Positions 36,729 through 49,110 of a DNA stretch of 64,000 nt are shown here, one piece after another. The translations under genes were made by a program, and so were the position numbers. The DNA comes from Macrostomum lignano (lineage: Eukaryota). The stretch spans positions 124,001 through 188,000 of the forward strand of contig NIVC01001563.1 of assembly GCA_002269645.1 (NCBI GenBank), written 5' to 3'. The number at the start of each line of letters is the position of its first letter. Positions within the stretch are counted from its first letter, which is position 1. The notes beneath the pieces are model-generated. The model saw only the letters and a list, made by a program, of their open reading frames with translations. It was not told the origin of the DNA and did not search any database.

Positions 36729-37365
36729 CTACTGACGAGTAGTTAGCTAGACTGAAAGCCAATCAGAGCTTCATAAAAGTGATGAGGACGCACTTTTTCC
36801 CAAATCCCGCGCTAGCACATGGGCTCTAAACTTACTTGCCTACTAACAGTGGGCAGTGGGCATTTTTATCCTTTTTCTGCGAATTTTCATAGAATCTATA
36901 CTAGATATAATGTCTGGCCATACTAGTAGTCATAATAACATAGGCGCAGCTTTTTGGGTCATGAATCATCGCTTTCGAAGCTGATCTGACAGCCACCTGC
37001 GCCTCACTCAGTGTTGAAGCGGGCGCCAGATGGTCTGAGAGGATGCGGGCGGTAGCTTTTTTCTCACCATTTTGACAGGCCATCAAGATTTATGAGGTCA
37101 GAGCCTATTGTTCGGATTCACTCAAGCGTGTGACAGCTTTGACAGCTATGCGTTTTACCCCTAAAAGTACCTTGGGATTAGCGATTAGCGATTTCTCTTC
37201 ATTATCTTCACTTTCTATTTAATAAGAGCTTTCTAATGTATATTTTTTCATTAATTTCTGTCAATCCTATGCGAAAAGTCATAAATCATTTTGTTGCGAT
37301 TTTGAGTGATTTATGGCCGCACCTGTCATCTTTTTACGACCCTGTGGGAACTGATAGGATCTCTC

Positions 37366-37450
37366 GGTCACGTGATTCTGGGTAGCAACGAGCTTAGCCA
37401 ATCAGAAAATTCGGCGCTCATTTTAACAAAACGGCTCAGCCAATCAGAAT
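37366..37450 (+). promoter_or_regulatory. Promoter-like motif cluster: E-box CACGTG, RFX half-site GTAGCAAC and two AGCCAATCAGAA (CCAAT) boxes 42 bp apart
   Basis: CACGTG 37369-37374, GTAGCAAC 37382-37389, CCAAT 37398 and 37440. Target transcript not identified. Confidence 0.4.
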
Positions 37451-38859
37451 CGACGTGTTCCGTTATAACAAACTGCGGTCCAGTTGGCGGCTATTTAAAC
37501 CGGAGTTTTTGGCCCGCTCGGACAAAAAACCCTGCACCTCTTCTTACTTTGGCTCGGGCCCAGCGCGCAACTTCTGGTTCCCGGAGCACGACCGTCGTTT
37601 CTTGATCCCCGGATTGCAACTTCCCCCATCATCATCAAGGACGAGTCCCCCGGTCGACAGCAGCGAACATCCAGTTAAGAGCATCACCTGCTAGCTAACA
37701 GCGAAGATTGTGACAGCATCATCCCGAGTCTACAGCTGCAGAGCATCGAGCCGATTCGGTCACTGTGGAATACCTGGTCTCCGGCTGTTGAGTTTCTGAT
37801 TGGTTGGGTGAGAGGCTACCTAGACTTGCTTGATTGGGTGATCCCTTTTCTGTCCCCTGTTGCAGTAGCTGAAGTAGGCGCACACTTTTGCTCATTTTGT
37901 TCAGTAGTGCTGTTGCTGAGGCAGGAATCATTCAATAATACTGCTAGTAGTCTAAGACTCCAATTCAATCTAAAGTGTGAAGTGAACTAAGGAGAAGGTT
38001 AAATCTAACAGTTATCTTTGTCGGCTTTATTTCTTTGTTCGCCGATGGCTCAGATGAGTAGCTAAGCTAGTAGGCGCCGGTCACAGTGGACCAATGGCAA
38101 GGCAGTTCTCAGTCGACCAATCTAACAAATCAGTGAGCAAAACTGCCAAAAGTGCAGAATCGGCGCCAGAGATGTACTTTGTGCACTCTAGGGTAGCCAA
38201 GCGGCTCGGGTAAATGAATCATGCGGTCTCTGAAGTTCGAGTTAGCCTATCATCAGCGCTATGAGAGGCTAGTTGGCGCGTTGAAGGCCAAAAGTACATA
38301 TCTTCGTATTTAGCAATGTAATAGTACATGCAGCTACCCCATAGACTCGCCACCGCAAGAATCCCCTGCACAAGTCCCCTCTGTACCTGCATGGCCAACG
38401 CGATCTAGTCCCAGCAGTGTCCCTTATCATCGGCTATGACTTCGAGATTGACAGCAAAAAGACACTAGTTGGCAGGTAAGTGCAAAGCCCCTTCTAGTCG
38501 GAAGCCCGATTTCGAGAGTCCCGGTGTGGTGAGCCAGGGCGCACGGGCTGGTGGCAGCAAGTTAGTTGATCTGCGGATTAGCTAATTTCTACTTTCAAAA
38601 TTCTCCCTGCTCGTCTCTCACTGTCCCTCTCTTAGCTATAGGACCTAGACTGCTCGCCACACGATCAAGCTACCATGGGGCTGACCATCTGACAGGAGTG
38701 GGGGGCCAGGTCTCTAATTGATTTATTTCTGAGCCTGAGGCCCGAAGGCTTCCCTAACAAGGAGCCCGAAGGTCGAAACCCATCAAAAGTTTCACAGAAC
38801 CACTCTTATAAAACTACGGCAACATTAACGCACACATCATTTGCAGGCATGTTTTACGA

Positions 38860-39063
38860 GCCCGTAGCCCAGTGGCCGAGCGCGGCGCTCTGGTGTACCA
38901 GCGGCCCAGGCTCGATTCCAAGTGCAGTCGCATTAATTTGGGGCTAAATTGGAATCTCGGCTTGGCTCTGCTCGTGCAATTAACGGCCTTGAGGGCCAAC
39001 CCCCCCCCCCCCCCAAGGCACAGTGAAGTGTACATGCCTAATGATAAATAAAGTTAGGGCCGC
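38860..39063 (+). mobile_element. tRNA-derived SINE, copy 1
   Basis: Head with A box TAGCCCAGTGG and B-box-like GGCTCGATTCC; ~200 bp near-identical to 40665-40858; internal C15 tract. Confidence 0.75.
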
Positions 39064-39774
39064 TGTGCAATCCTGTGCGTATGACTGCGTACGTATCCGC
39101 GCGCTTGTGTGCCTGCTGAGGGGAGTCGGCGGAATGGGCAGGTAATGCCTCTCGCCGGTTGTGTAACAATGTCGCTTAGGGTGCACACAGCTTATATTTT
39201 CTGTAATTCATATACTTCATTTGAAGTATCAATCATTTTATAATTTTGGGGATTTTTGGGATTTCAAGACTTGTAACAATTGTCAAACTAAAGTAACCTG
39301 TAAACATGGAGTGGTCAGACTTTTGCAACTTCTGTGAGCCAGACACTCAGCAATCTAAAGGTCATGGTGGCGATATCGGCATTTTATTTGATTTTTAATT
39401 TAATTTCCTGACATTGATAGACAAATTGTACAAAACGGTTTCATATGGAATTAATTGGCACTATAAGAGCAGTGAAAATGCATAAATTATAACACACTCA
39501 GAATCATGAAATAGATATGTAATTTTACAGAATCATGAATGCCAAAATTTAATATAAGTGCACAATTAATGTAGCATAACTATGATTTTTTATTATCGTG
39601 TGAAAATGGCCTTCACCAATATAAGCGAGATTATAACCAAGCAAATACAAATTTATATAGCAAGTGACTTAGTTACCACTATTAGTAGTCAATACTCTGG
39701 CAGGCTTAGATTTTGAAAATGCGAATAAACGCTTCAATTATTACGAGTGTAATAAAAACGCTGGGTAGGAGGCA

Positions 39775-40465
39775 GGTAGCGAGTAGAGTAGCAGGGTAAA
39801 GAGTGTAGTAAGTAGGGTAGGGTGTAGAAAGTAGGGTAGGGTGTAGTAAGTAGGGTAGGGTGTAGTAAGTAGGGTAGGGTGTAGTAAGTAGAGAAGGGTG
39901 TAGGGTAGGGTGTAGTAAGTAGAGAAGGGTGTAGTAAGTAGGGTAGGGTGTAGTAAGTAGGGTGGGGTGTAGTAAGTAGGGTAGGGTGTAGTAAGTAGGG
40001 TAGGGTGTAGTAAGTAGGGTAGGGTGTAGAAAGTAGGGTAGGGTGTAGTGAGTAGAGTAGTGTGTAGAAAGTAGGGTAGGGTGTAGCGAGTAGGGTAGAG
40101 TGTGGAAAGTAGGGTAGGGTGTAGTAAGTAGGGTAGGGTGTAGTAAGTAGGGTAGGGTGTAGTAAGTAGGGTAGGGTGTAGAAAGTAGGGTAGGGTGTAG
40201 TGAGTAGAGTAGTGTGTAGAAAGTAGGGTAGGGTGTAGCGAGTAGGGTAGAGTGTGGAAAGTAGGGTAGGGTGTAGTAAGTAGGGTAGGGTGTAGTAAGT
40301 AGGGTAGGGTTTAGAAAGTAGGGTAGGGTGTGAAAAGTAGGGTAGGGTGTAGTAAGTAGGGAAGGGTTTTGAAAGTAGGGTAGGGTGTAGAAAGTAGGGT
40401 AGGGTTTAGAAAGTAGAGTAGGGTTTAGAAAGTAGGGTAGGGTTTAGAAAGTAGGGTAGGGTGGA
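39775..40465. repeat. G-rich minisatellite, 19-bp unit (GTAGTAAGTAGGGTAGGGT), ~36 copies
   Basis: Read directly. Confidence 0.95.
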
Positions 40466-40664
40466 GATGGGCTAAAGTCTCGTACAGACTGCCATCAAAT
40501 TAACCAGACCAAAAACTAGGCCACTAGCAAACACAGCGACAAGATAAAACAATTTACAAGCTGTATGCGATTACGCGAAAACTGGCTTGACTTGATGGCG
40601 CTGTTAATAAGGCTGGTAGGGTTTACAGAGTGAAAATTTCCAAACATTTCTCCCCCAGTCATAA

Positions 40665-40858
40665 GCCGTAGCCCAGTGGTCCAGCGCGGCGCTCTGATGT
40701 GCCAGCGGCCCAGGCTCGATTCCAAGTGCAGTCGCATTAATTTGGGGCTAAATTGGAATCTCGGCTTGGCTCTGCTCGTGCAATTAACGACCTTGAGGGC
40801 CAACCCCCCCAGGCACAGTGAAGTGTACGTGCCTAACGATTAATAAATTTAGGGCCGC
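40665..40858 (+). mobile_element. tRNA-derived SINE, copy 2
   Basis: Same head and body as 38860-39063; internal C7 tract. Confidence 0.75.
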
Positions 40859-40916
40859 GGCATACAGCCCCTGCTTCTTAAAAAAGGAAAAACAAATTAA
40901 AATGCTACTGAGCAGT

Positions 40917-43900
40917 TTAGTAGTAGTATAAATAGCGCAGAGCTAGCAGCAAATCCAAGGCCAGCAGGCCAGTGCCGGCAGTCAGCACAGACTTATAGAC
41001 CGTCCGCCTCAGTTTCGCGTCGCCAACAATGAGAATATCCAGCAGGGCGGCCAGAATCCACTGGCCGTCTAGCGCGTAGCATGGCGCCGCATTGAGCAGC
41101 GCCAGGGCGCCAGACAGCGACACAATATAGCGCATTCCGGTGTCAATAGCGGCCGGCAGCCACAGCGGCAGCAGAGCCGGCGGCCGGAACTCGGACAGGG
41201 CCAGGCTGTAGTACAGTTCGGGCGCCTCGCCGAGGAACAGCAGAGCCGGCCTGGCCGGGTCGTGTCCGACGCTCACCAGCCGGGAGACGTTGTCGACGGC
41301 CGGTCGGGCGCAAACGGCGCCGGCCGGACAGTCGGAGGCGCGGGCGCAGGCCGGCTGCTGCTCAACCACGGCTCGAGCCGGCAGGCAGGCCGAGGCGGCG
41401 CCGCCATCAGCTAGGAAGCAGAGCCGGCTGGCAGAGTCCGGGTCCGAGTCGGCGGAGGACGCGTTGCCATGGCGACAGCAGAAGTCGGTTCCGGAGCTTG
41501 ACAAAGGCGGCGGATGTGAGGCGGCCGGCAGCAGGAGGCCTCGGTGGAGGCAATGGCCCTGCGAAGTTATGAAGCATTGAGTTGATGGTATTTGAGTTTA
41601 TGAAGCATTGAGCTGGTGGAATTTTGAGTTTATGAAGCATTGAGCTTGTGGAATTTTGAGTTTATGAAGCATTGAGTTGATGGAATTTCGAGTTTATGAA
41701 GCATTGAGTTGATGAAATTTTTAGTTTATGAAGCATTGAGTTGATGAAATTTTTAGTTTATGAAGCATTGAGTTGATGGAATTTCGAGTTATGAAGCATT
41801 GAGTTGATGGAATTTTGAGTTTATGAAGCATTGAGTTGATGGAATTTCGAGTTATGAAGCATTGAGTTGATGGAATTTTGAGTTTATGAAGCATTGAGTT
41901 GATGGAATTTCGAGTTTATGAAGCATTGAGTTGATGGAATTTCGAGTTTATGGAATTTTGAGTTTATGAAGCATTGAGTTGATGGAATTTTGAGTTTATG
42001 AAGCATTGAGTTGATGGAACTTTGAGTTTATGAAGCATTGAGTTGATGGAACTTTGAGTTTATGAAGGATTGAGTTGATGGAATTTTGAGTTTATGAAGC
42101 ATTGAGTTGATGGAACTTTGCGTTTATGAAGCATTGAGTTGATGGAACTTTGAGTTTATGAAGCATTGAGTTGATGGAACTTTGAGTTTATGAAGCATTG
42201 AGCTGGTGGAATTTCGAGTTTATGAAGCATTGAGTTGATGGAACTTTGAGTTTATGAAGCATTGAGTTGATGGAACTTTGAGTTTATGAAGCATTGAGCT
42301 GGTGGAATTTCGAGTTTATGAAGCATTGAGTTGATGGAACTTTGAGTTTATGAAGCATTGAGTTGGTGGAATTTCGAGTTTATGAAGCATTGAGTTGATG
42401 GAATTTCGAGTTTATGAAGCATTGAGTTGATGGAATTTCGAGTTTATGAAGCATTGAGTTGATGGAATTTCGAGTTTATGGAATTTTGAGTTTATGAAGC
42501 ATTGAGCTGGTGGAATTTTGAGTTTATGAAGGATTGAGTTGATGGAATTTCGAGTTTATGAAGCATTGAGTTGATGGAATTTCGAGTTTATGGAATTTTG
42601 AGTTTATGAAGCATTGAGCTGGTGGAACTTTGAGTTTATGAAGCATTGAGTTGATGGAACTTTTAGTTTATGAAGGATTGAGTTGATGGAATTTTGAGTT
42701 TATGAAGCATTGAGCTGGTGGAATTTCGAGTTTATGAAGCATTGAGTTGATGGAACTTTGAGTTTATGAAGCATTGAGTTGGTGGAATTTCGAGTTTATG
42801 AAGCATTGAGTTGATGGTATTTCGAGTTTATGAAGCATTGAGTTGATGGAATTTCGAGTTTATGAAGCATTGAGTTGATGGTATTTCGAGTTTATGAAGC
42901 ATTGAGTTGATGGAATTTCGAGTTTATGGAATTTTGAGTTTATGAAGCATTGAGTTGATGGAATTTTGAGTTTATGAAGCATTGAGTTGATGGAATTTCG
43001 AGTTTATGAAGCATTGAGTTGATGGAATTTCGAGTTTATGAAGCATTGAGTTGATGGAATTTCGAGTTTATGAAGCATTGAGTTGATGGAATTTCGAGTT
43101 TATGAAGCATTGAGTTGATGCAATTTTGAGTTTATGAAGCATTGAGTTGATGGAATTTCGAGTTTATGAAGCATTGAGTTGATGGAATTTCGAGTTTATG
43201 AAGCATTGAGTTGATGGAATTTTGAGTTTATGAAGCATTGAGTTGGTGGAATTTTGAGTTTATGAAGCATTGAGTTGATGGAATTTCGAGTTTATGGAAT
43301 TTTTAGTTTATGAAGCATTGAGTTGATGGAATTTCGAGTTTATGAAGCATTGAGTTGATGGAATTTCGAGTTTATGAAGCATTGAGTTGGTGGAATTTCG
43401 AGTTATGAAGCATTGAGTTGATGGAATTTTGAGTTTATGAAGCATTGAGTTGATGGAATTTCGAGTTATGAAGCATTGAGTTGGTGGAATTTCGAGTTAT
43501 GAAGCATTGAGTTGAGTTTATGAAGCATTGAGTTGATGGAATTTTGAGTTTATGAAGCACTTAATAGACTAAATTTGGAGTCCACGAAAGCAACAACAAG
43601 CGCAAATTCATGGAAAAGTATTCTCGCGAATAAATATTTACCTGCTGCTCAGCGGCAAACACCCCGGCAACGCAGTTATAATAACCGGACGGGCTGACCA
43701 CCGGACACTGGTTGACTCGGACGATCACGTCGCCCGGGTACAGGCCCTGCTGGCCGGACAGAACCTAGCCGGCCGCCAGCCAGGTGACAACGGCGCCGCT
43801 AGCATTTGAGTAGCCCAGCGGCGCCAGCAGCCAGGCCGGCCGGATGAGCAGCAGGATGGCGCCGAGCGCCAGCACGGTGTTGTGCCACACGCCGGCGCAG

Positions 43901-45223
43901 AACACGCGCAGGCGCCTGGCCGGCGACACCAGCGCGAGGTCGGCGCTGTTCAGATCGACGAAAGCGCCCGGGTAGACGCCCAGGACGAAGATGCCGGCCG
44001 CTTGGACGCGGATGTCCTCGCGAGCGGCGGCCACCGCATGGCCGAACTCGTGGAATATGCCGCAGAGAAGCAGCGCGCCCAGGTAATACGGCAGGTGGTT
44101 GCTGGGCAGGTTCACGCCTTTGGGGAAGGGGCGTATGGATGATCGTGTCAATCCAGTTTTAGCTGCTAACGGAATTTAGTCATGAGGATATGGCTCATAC
44201 TGTAGAGATATTTGTGTCAGTACCAGCCCCATCAACCAGTGAGATGAGAGCCCTAGTAACAGCCCCATCAACCAGTGAGATGAGAGCCCTAGTAACAGCC
44301 CCATCAACCAGTGAGATGAGAGACCTAGTAACAGCCCCATCAACCAGTGAGATGAGATCCCTAGTAACAGCCCCATCAACCAGTGAGATGAGATCCCTAG
44401 TAACAGCCCCATCAACCAGTGAGATGAGATCCCTAGTAACAGCCCCATCAACCAGTGAGATGAGAGCCCTAGTAACAGCCCCATCAACCAGTGAGATGAG
44501 AGCCCTAGTAACAGCCCCATCAACCAGTGAGATGAGATCCCTAGTAACAGCCCCATCAATCAGTAAGATGAGAGCCCTGCCTGAGTTGCATCAGTACCAG
44601 CCCCATCAATCAGTGAGATGAGAGCCCTGCCTGAGTTGAATCAGTACCAGCCTCATCAATCAGTAAGATGAGAGCCCTGTCTGAGTTGCATTAGTACCAG
44701 CCCCATCAATCAGTAAGATGAGAGCCCTGTCTGAGTTGCATCAGTACCAGCCTCATCAATCAGTAAGATGAGAGCCCTGTCTGAGTTGCATTAGTACCAG
44801 CCCCATCAATCAGTGAGATGAGAGCCCTGTCTGAGTTGAATCAGTACCAGCCTCATCAATCAGTGACAGAGAACCCTGTCCAAGTTGACACACACCTGGT
44901 ACAACAGGTGTGAGCACCTGCTCATTGGCAGGCCGTTGTGCAAGTGTATTATAGGCTAGCACAGTCAGCAGCACACAGGAGGTGGCCATGAGAGCCAGGC
45001 TGATAAGTACACCAGCACCAAACCAGATGCGGTAAGGGAACAGTCTCAGCCGGCCAGTGTGCATAAAGAACCCATTAAGCGCAGTGGTGTGCAGCCGAGC
45101 AAAGAACAGTGATACCCGGAGGATGCCATCTTCATTGCCACTCTTGCCCATGATTAGCCGATAAAACAGAAGGCAAGCCAGCCAAATGCCAATGAAAGCG
45201 CATGCGGCAATGGCTGCCCCCAT
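40917..45223 (-). CDS. MBTPS2: Site-2 protease (M50 intramembrane metalloprotease), 481 codons, interrupted by one in-frame TAG at 43767-43765
   Basis: Exons 45223-44896, 44117-43642, 41558-40917; frame-consistent. LTPVVPG|VNLP, HEFGH (HExxH), AGVWHN, PDZ-like GLYPGDVI, Cys-rich insert, LNAAPCYALDG. May be a pseudogene allele. Confidence 0.9.
41565..43560. repeat. Intronic minisatellite, 32-bp unit (AGTTTATGAAGCATTGAGTTGATGGAATTTCG), ~62 copies, MBTPS2 intron 2
   Basis: Read directly; runs up to the acceptor at 41559-41561. Confidence 0.97.
44218..44890. repeat. Intronic compound minisatellite (50-bp units near the donor, 36-bp units distally), MBTPS2 intron 1
   Basis: Both units share CCCCATCAAYCAGTRAGATGAGAGCCCT. 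Confidence 0.95.
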
Positions 45224-45325
45224 TATTAAATACAGTCTGGAATTGTAGTTATTTGACAGTACATAATAAATTAAAACTTACTATATGTTAATACAGGATT
45301 AATGATAGCTGAGTAGGTCAACATA

Positions 45326-45440
45326 GGATTAGGGATGTCAAGACTCAATAGGGATTAGGGATGTCAAGACTCAATAGGGATTAGGGATGTCAAGACTCAA
45401 TAGGGATTTGGGATGACAAGACTCAATAGAAGATTAGGGA
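45326..45440. repeat. About four copies of a 26-bp unit (GGATTAGGGATGTCAAGACTCAATAG) upstream of MBTPS2
   Basis: Read directly. Confidence 0.85.
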
Positions 45441-46122
45441 TTAGAGAGGAATAGGGAAAAATCAGAAGAGAAAAAGACCTATTAAGTCCTATAAGTATTA
45501 TAAAAATCTAATGAATACTAAAAGGCCTAAGCCTAAGGCTTACTAGGGCCTAATGATATTAAGTTTAACTAAATAAGGAAAATCAATGAATATATAAATT
45601 GATGCTTAAATTTTTAAATAAACATCAATAAAGATAATTATTATTATACTTAAATTACTTTTGCTTGATATCATAGACATAGAACAAAGCTAGAAATGTC
45701 TATAAGTAGAAAATAAATAATATTAGTAATATTATAGCAAAGAAAATGTCCTATTATTTTATTGTCTCTAAAAACCCTCCAAAATAAATTATAGTAGACC
45801 AAACAAATTTCTTCCAATTAGTTTTTTAAGGGGCAATATCTACCTTGATGGCTTGATCCCCTCTGCTTAGCTTTAGAAATTACTAATTATGTTAATTAGC
45901 TTTAATAATTGATTTTTTATGCCCCTAATCTTAGGCCCCTAATTATTTTAGCTTATTACCATATAGGCCTAGCTTATAGTTTATAATTATATATCTATAG
46001 CTTAGCTTAGCCTTAAACGTTAAAGCTATTTGTACTTAAAATATTTTAGAGTCAAAATAATTTAATGAACGGAACTTGACAATTGCCAACTATTTTATTA
46101 TTTTCTATCATGATTCATGAGC

Positions 46123-46500
46123 CAGGGGGTTTGGCAAACTCCAGCCTGTAGGCCACATGCAGCCTGCAAAGCCTCTTCATCTGGCCTTTGTGGTCCTTTG
46201 AAACTGTACAATAGTAATCAGGGGCAGATTTAGAGAGGGGGCAAGGGGGGTGGCTGCCCCCCTCCCCCCAAAATAGCTTGATACAACATATTGCACCCCC
46301 AAAAACCTAAATTTGCGCCCCTTAAATTTGATTTTTTGCCTCTAAGAGTCTAAATAATGCCTTTTTTTGCACCCTTAAGCTTGATTTTTCGCCCTCTACT
46401 ATGCATTTTTTGCACCTTTAAGATTGATTTTTTGCCCCCCTACACACATTTTTTGCACCCCTAGCTTAAAAATTGGCACCTCTTATACTCCTGTTGGCGT
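46123..46500 (+). mobile_element. Two abutting hAT-like non-autonomous element ends
   Basis: CAGGGGGTTTGGCAAACT...GGCCACATGCAGCC at 46123 and CAGGGGCAGATTTAG...GGGGGC at 46219, followed by repeated TTTTTTGCACCC motifs. Partner ends not found. Confidence 0.35.
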
Positions 46501-46869
46501 CCCAAACTTTCCCAGCTTTGGCAGTTGAAATGAGTTAAAACTTAGACTTAGACTAGCTAGAGGGAGTACTATAGTAAATAATAGGCCTACTTATAATATA
46601 GGCCTAAGACTTTAAAAGAAAAGAAAAAAATAGGGGGGCCTACGATAACTGATTTGTAGCTAGCTATGACCTAGAACAGCAAAAAATCAAGCTCTAAGAA
46701 ACAGAAACCATGATGATAGTGAGGCCGATTGCTTGGCTGTTTGTTGGTGTGTAGCGTGTAGCGCCACGTAATAACCATGCAGCTTTTATTGTGTAGTGTA
46801 GGCCCTTTGGGCCCATTTCTCATCAGGTTTATATGGGCAAATTCGCTTCTCACCATCCAGCGCCGGTTA

Positions 46870-46941
46870 GCCGTGATCGTATAGTGGTTAGTACTTCTCG
46901 TTGTGGCCGAGACAACCCAGGTTCGAATCCTGGTCACGGCA
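46870..46941 (+). tRNA. trnH: tRNA-His (GTG)
   Basis: Full cloverleaf: acceptor GCCGTGA/TCACGGC, anticodon stem TCTCG/CGAGA with loop TTGTGGC, T-arm CCAGG-TTCGAAT-CCTGG; T5 terminator at 46981. Confidence 0.97.
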
Positions 46942-47779
46942 AGATGCTGTGAGGCTCTTGAGCGGCGTGGGGCGCGATAATTTTTGCATTTTTAGCTACA
47001 AAATCAATGTAAGGGTGTGCTGGGTATTTGTTTTCAAGTTAAAAGGTAGGCCCAGTTCCCCTTTTTACTTTTCTGCGCAGTTTTATTTCCTTTTAAATCG
47101 TAAAACATATTTTTTCCGATATGTATCGAAAAATATGTAAACTGTAAGTGTAAGACATGTATAACTCGAAAGAATGCGTCATTTACTCTTCTTTCAGTAG
47201 CAATGCTAGCGTTTTTGCCTGAACAATATCTGAAAGTAACATTAAAATGGACAACTAGAATTTTTAACGATATTTTAAGCTTTTTGAAACAATTACTATT
47301 TGAATGTCACATGGTACAAGCCTGAACCAATATTAGCATCTTCATCCTGTCCTGTTTTACCGACTCCAGATTGCCTCCTCAGCTCCGATTTTAAAAAATG
47401 AAGACTGAAGAGTGCAGGTAAACTAGAAAAACCTATATCCGATAAACGTAAAGCATGCAGTTAGACTGCAATTGAGTCTCTTTTCTTACTGCTCTTTATT
47501 GATTGGCTGAGCTGGATATTGGGCCTGTACTGTATTAGCTGAGTTTCGTCCATCTTGCGTTCACTTATGTACATCGAGTTAAGTATATGCTTGTTCATTC
47601 TTAACACAATGGATACCTCCGAGGCCGCAAACCAGGAGGGGAAATTTTTGCTCCAACATTAAATTTAAGCGACACTGCGCAGACAAACTACTGAAAAAGA
47701 GTAGACGTCGCTCAACTATTTTACAATTCTTTTAATTGCGATGGCGAGTGACATTATTTATGTGCTGTAGGGGCCATAA

Positions 47780-48000
47780 GCATGTATTTGAACATTACTG
47801 CAAGTGACCAAAGGAGGAATCGATCCGCAGCTCTGCCTAGCCTAGGTAGCACCGGAAGTTGTGAGCGTCATGAAGGATGTGGTGAGCGTCATGAACGGCA
47901 AAGCTGCAAATCCGTGATGCCAATTGTCATGCCTGTATGTACATGTATGGGCCACATCCAGAAAGTCTGCAGGTCAGCGAGGGTCATGTCAAGAAGCTAG
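47780..48000 (+). mobile_element. Possible decayed Gypsy-type gag zinc-knuckle fragment
   Basis: CGERHERQSC...CTCMGHIQKVCRS resembles the paired knuckles of Gypsy gag; spacing is corrupted. Confidence 0.4.
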
Positions 48001-48207
48001 ACTGCACTGGCACTGGAGCAGAACGCCCAAAGGCTCTATTCTCAGCTTGGAGCTCATGTTGGACCTAGCTCGATCATGCGATCCGAAAATGAGCGCCTCC
48101 TAAATTGACCCCGCTGTAATTCTGTTATTTCCATAGACATTCTTAGTGGGCTGTGATTCCTGTGAATCCAAATAAAATTATGTCAAACTATTCCTTTTTA
48201 CGTTCTA

Positions 48208-48725
48208 TTTGATAAAAACTGCAACCAATTTGGCCACGGCTCAGCCTGACGCAGCCACAGCAATTTTCCATAGACAGCCACCGCTAGCGGCAACCAGTTT
48301 GGTGAAAACTGCGAGCTATTTTGCCGGCTTGAAGATAGCAGCTCAATAGCATAACAATAACGATAAAGAATGTTAACAATACATGCACGAAGTCAGAACA
48401 TTATGTCCTCAGCATTCAAGCACCGATTGAAGTACGTCTGGGAATGGTTGATCCAGCGCAGGCACTTGAGAGGCGTGATGCCAAGCTGCCAAGCTCTCCC
48501 CAGTCGTCGCCACTCCTGTACGCTCTCACGATTCGCTCTCGATCCAGCTGACTTATCTTTTGGTACGGCCCACGATTCGCCATCAGAGCAGCTGCTATCT
48601 TCAAGCTGGCAAAATAGCTCGCAGTTTTTACCAGGTTGGTTGCCGCTGGCGGTGGCTGTCTATGGAAAATTCTATGTCTATGGTCAGGCTGAGCCGTGGC
48701 CAAATTGGTTGCAGTTTTTATCAAA
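48208..48725 (-). mobile_element. Internally deleted Tc1/IS630-like DNA transposon with ~135-bp TIRs
   Basis: 48208-48345 is inverted at 48586-48725, with TA on both sides. The interior (48583-48393) has an HTH-like start MANRGPYQKISQLDRERIVRAYRSGDDW joined out of frame to a C-terminal-like ITPLKCLRWINHSQTYFNRCLNAEDI. Confidence 0.75.
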
Positions 48726-48962
48726 TATTCTAATAGGGCCTTTTAATAGAATACATGTAATAAAATTTACTGTTTTAAGAGCGACTGCAATTGAGACCTG
48801 AATTTTAATTAATGCATGGGTTGAATTTTGTTTCAATCATACTCGTATCATTTTGGAGACTTTCACCGGACCAGTAGTTTTGTATATTGTTTTCACAGGG
48901 AATGATTTACTTTTTGAAAAATTTACCCAAAAGACCCACAGATTTACTTTGTCTGATTGAGT

Positions 48963-49110
48963 GTATGTATGTATGTATGTATGTATGTATGTATGTATGT
49001 ATGTATGTATGTATGTATGTATGTATGTATGTATGTATGTATGTATGTATGTATGTATGTATGTATGTATGTATGTATGTATGTATGTATGTATGTATGT
49101 ATGTATGTAT
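48963..49110. repeat. (GTAT)37 microsatellite
   Basis: Read directly. Confidence 0.98.

Noticed and set aside
38735-38780. Hammerhead-ribozyme-like GAGCCCGAAGGTCGAAAC
   Set aside because: The CTGANGA core is absent and stem II has a mismatch. CTGACGA...GAAA at 36735 also fails to form stem II.
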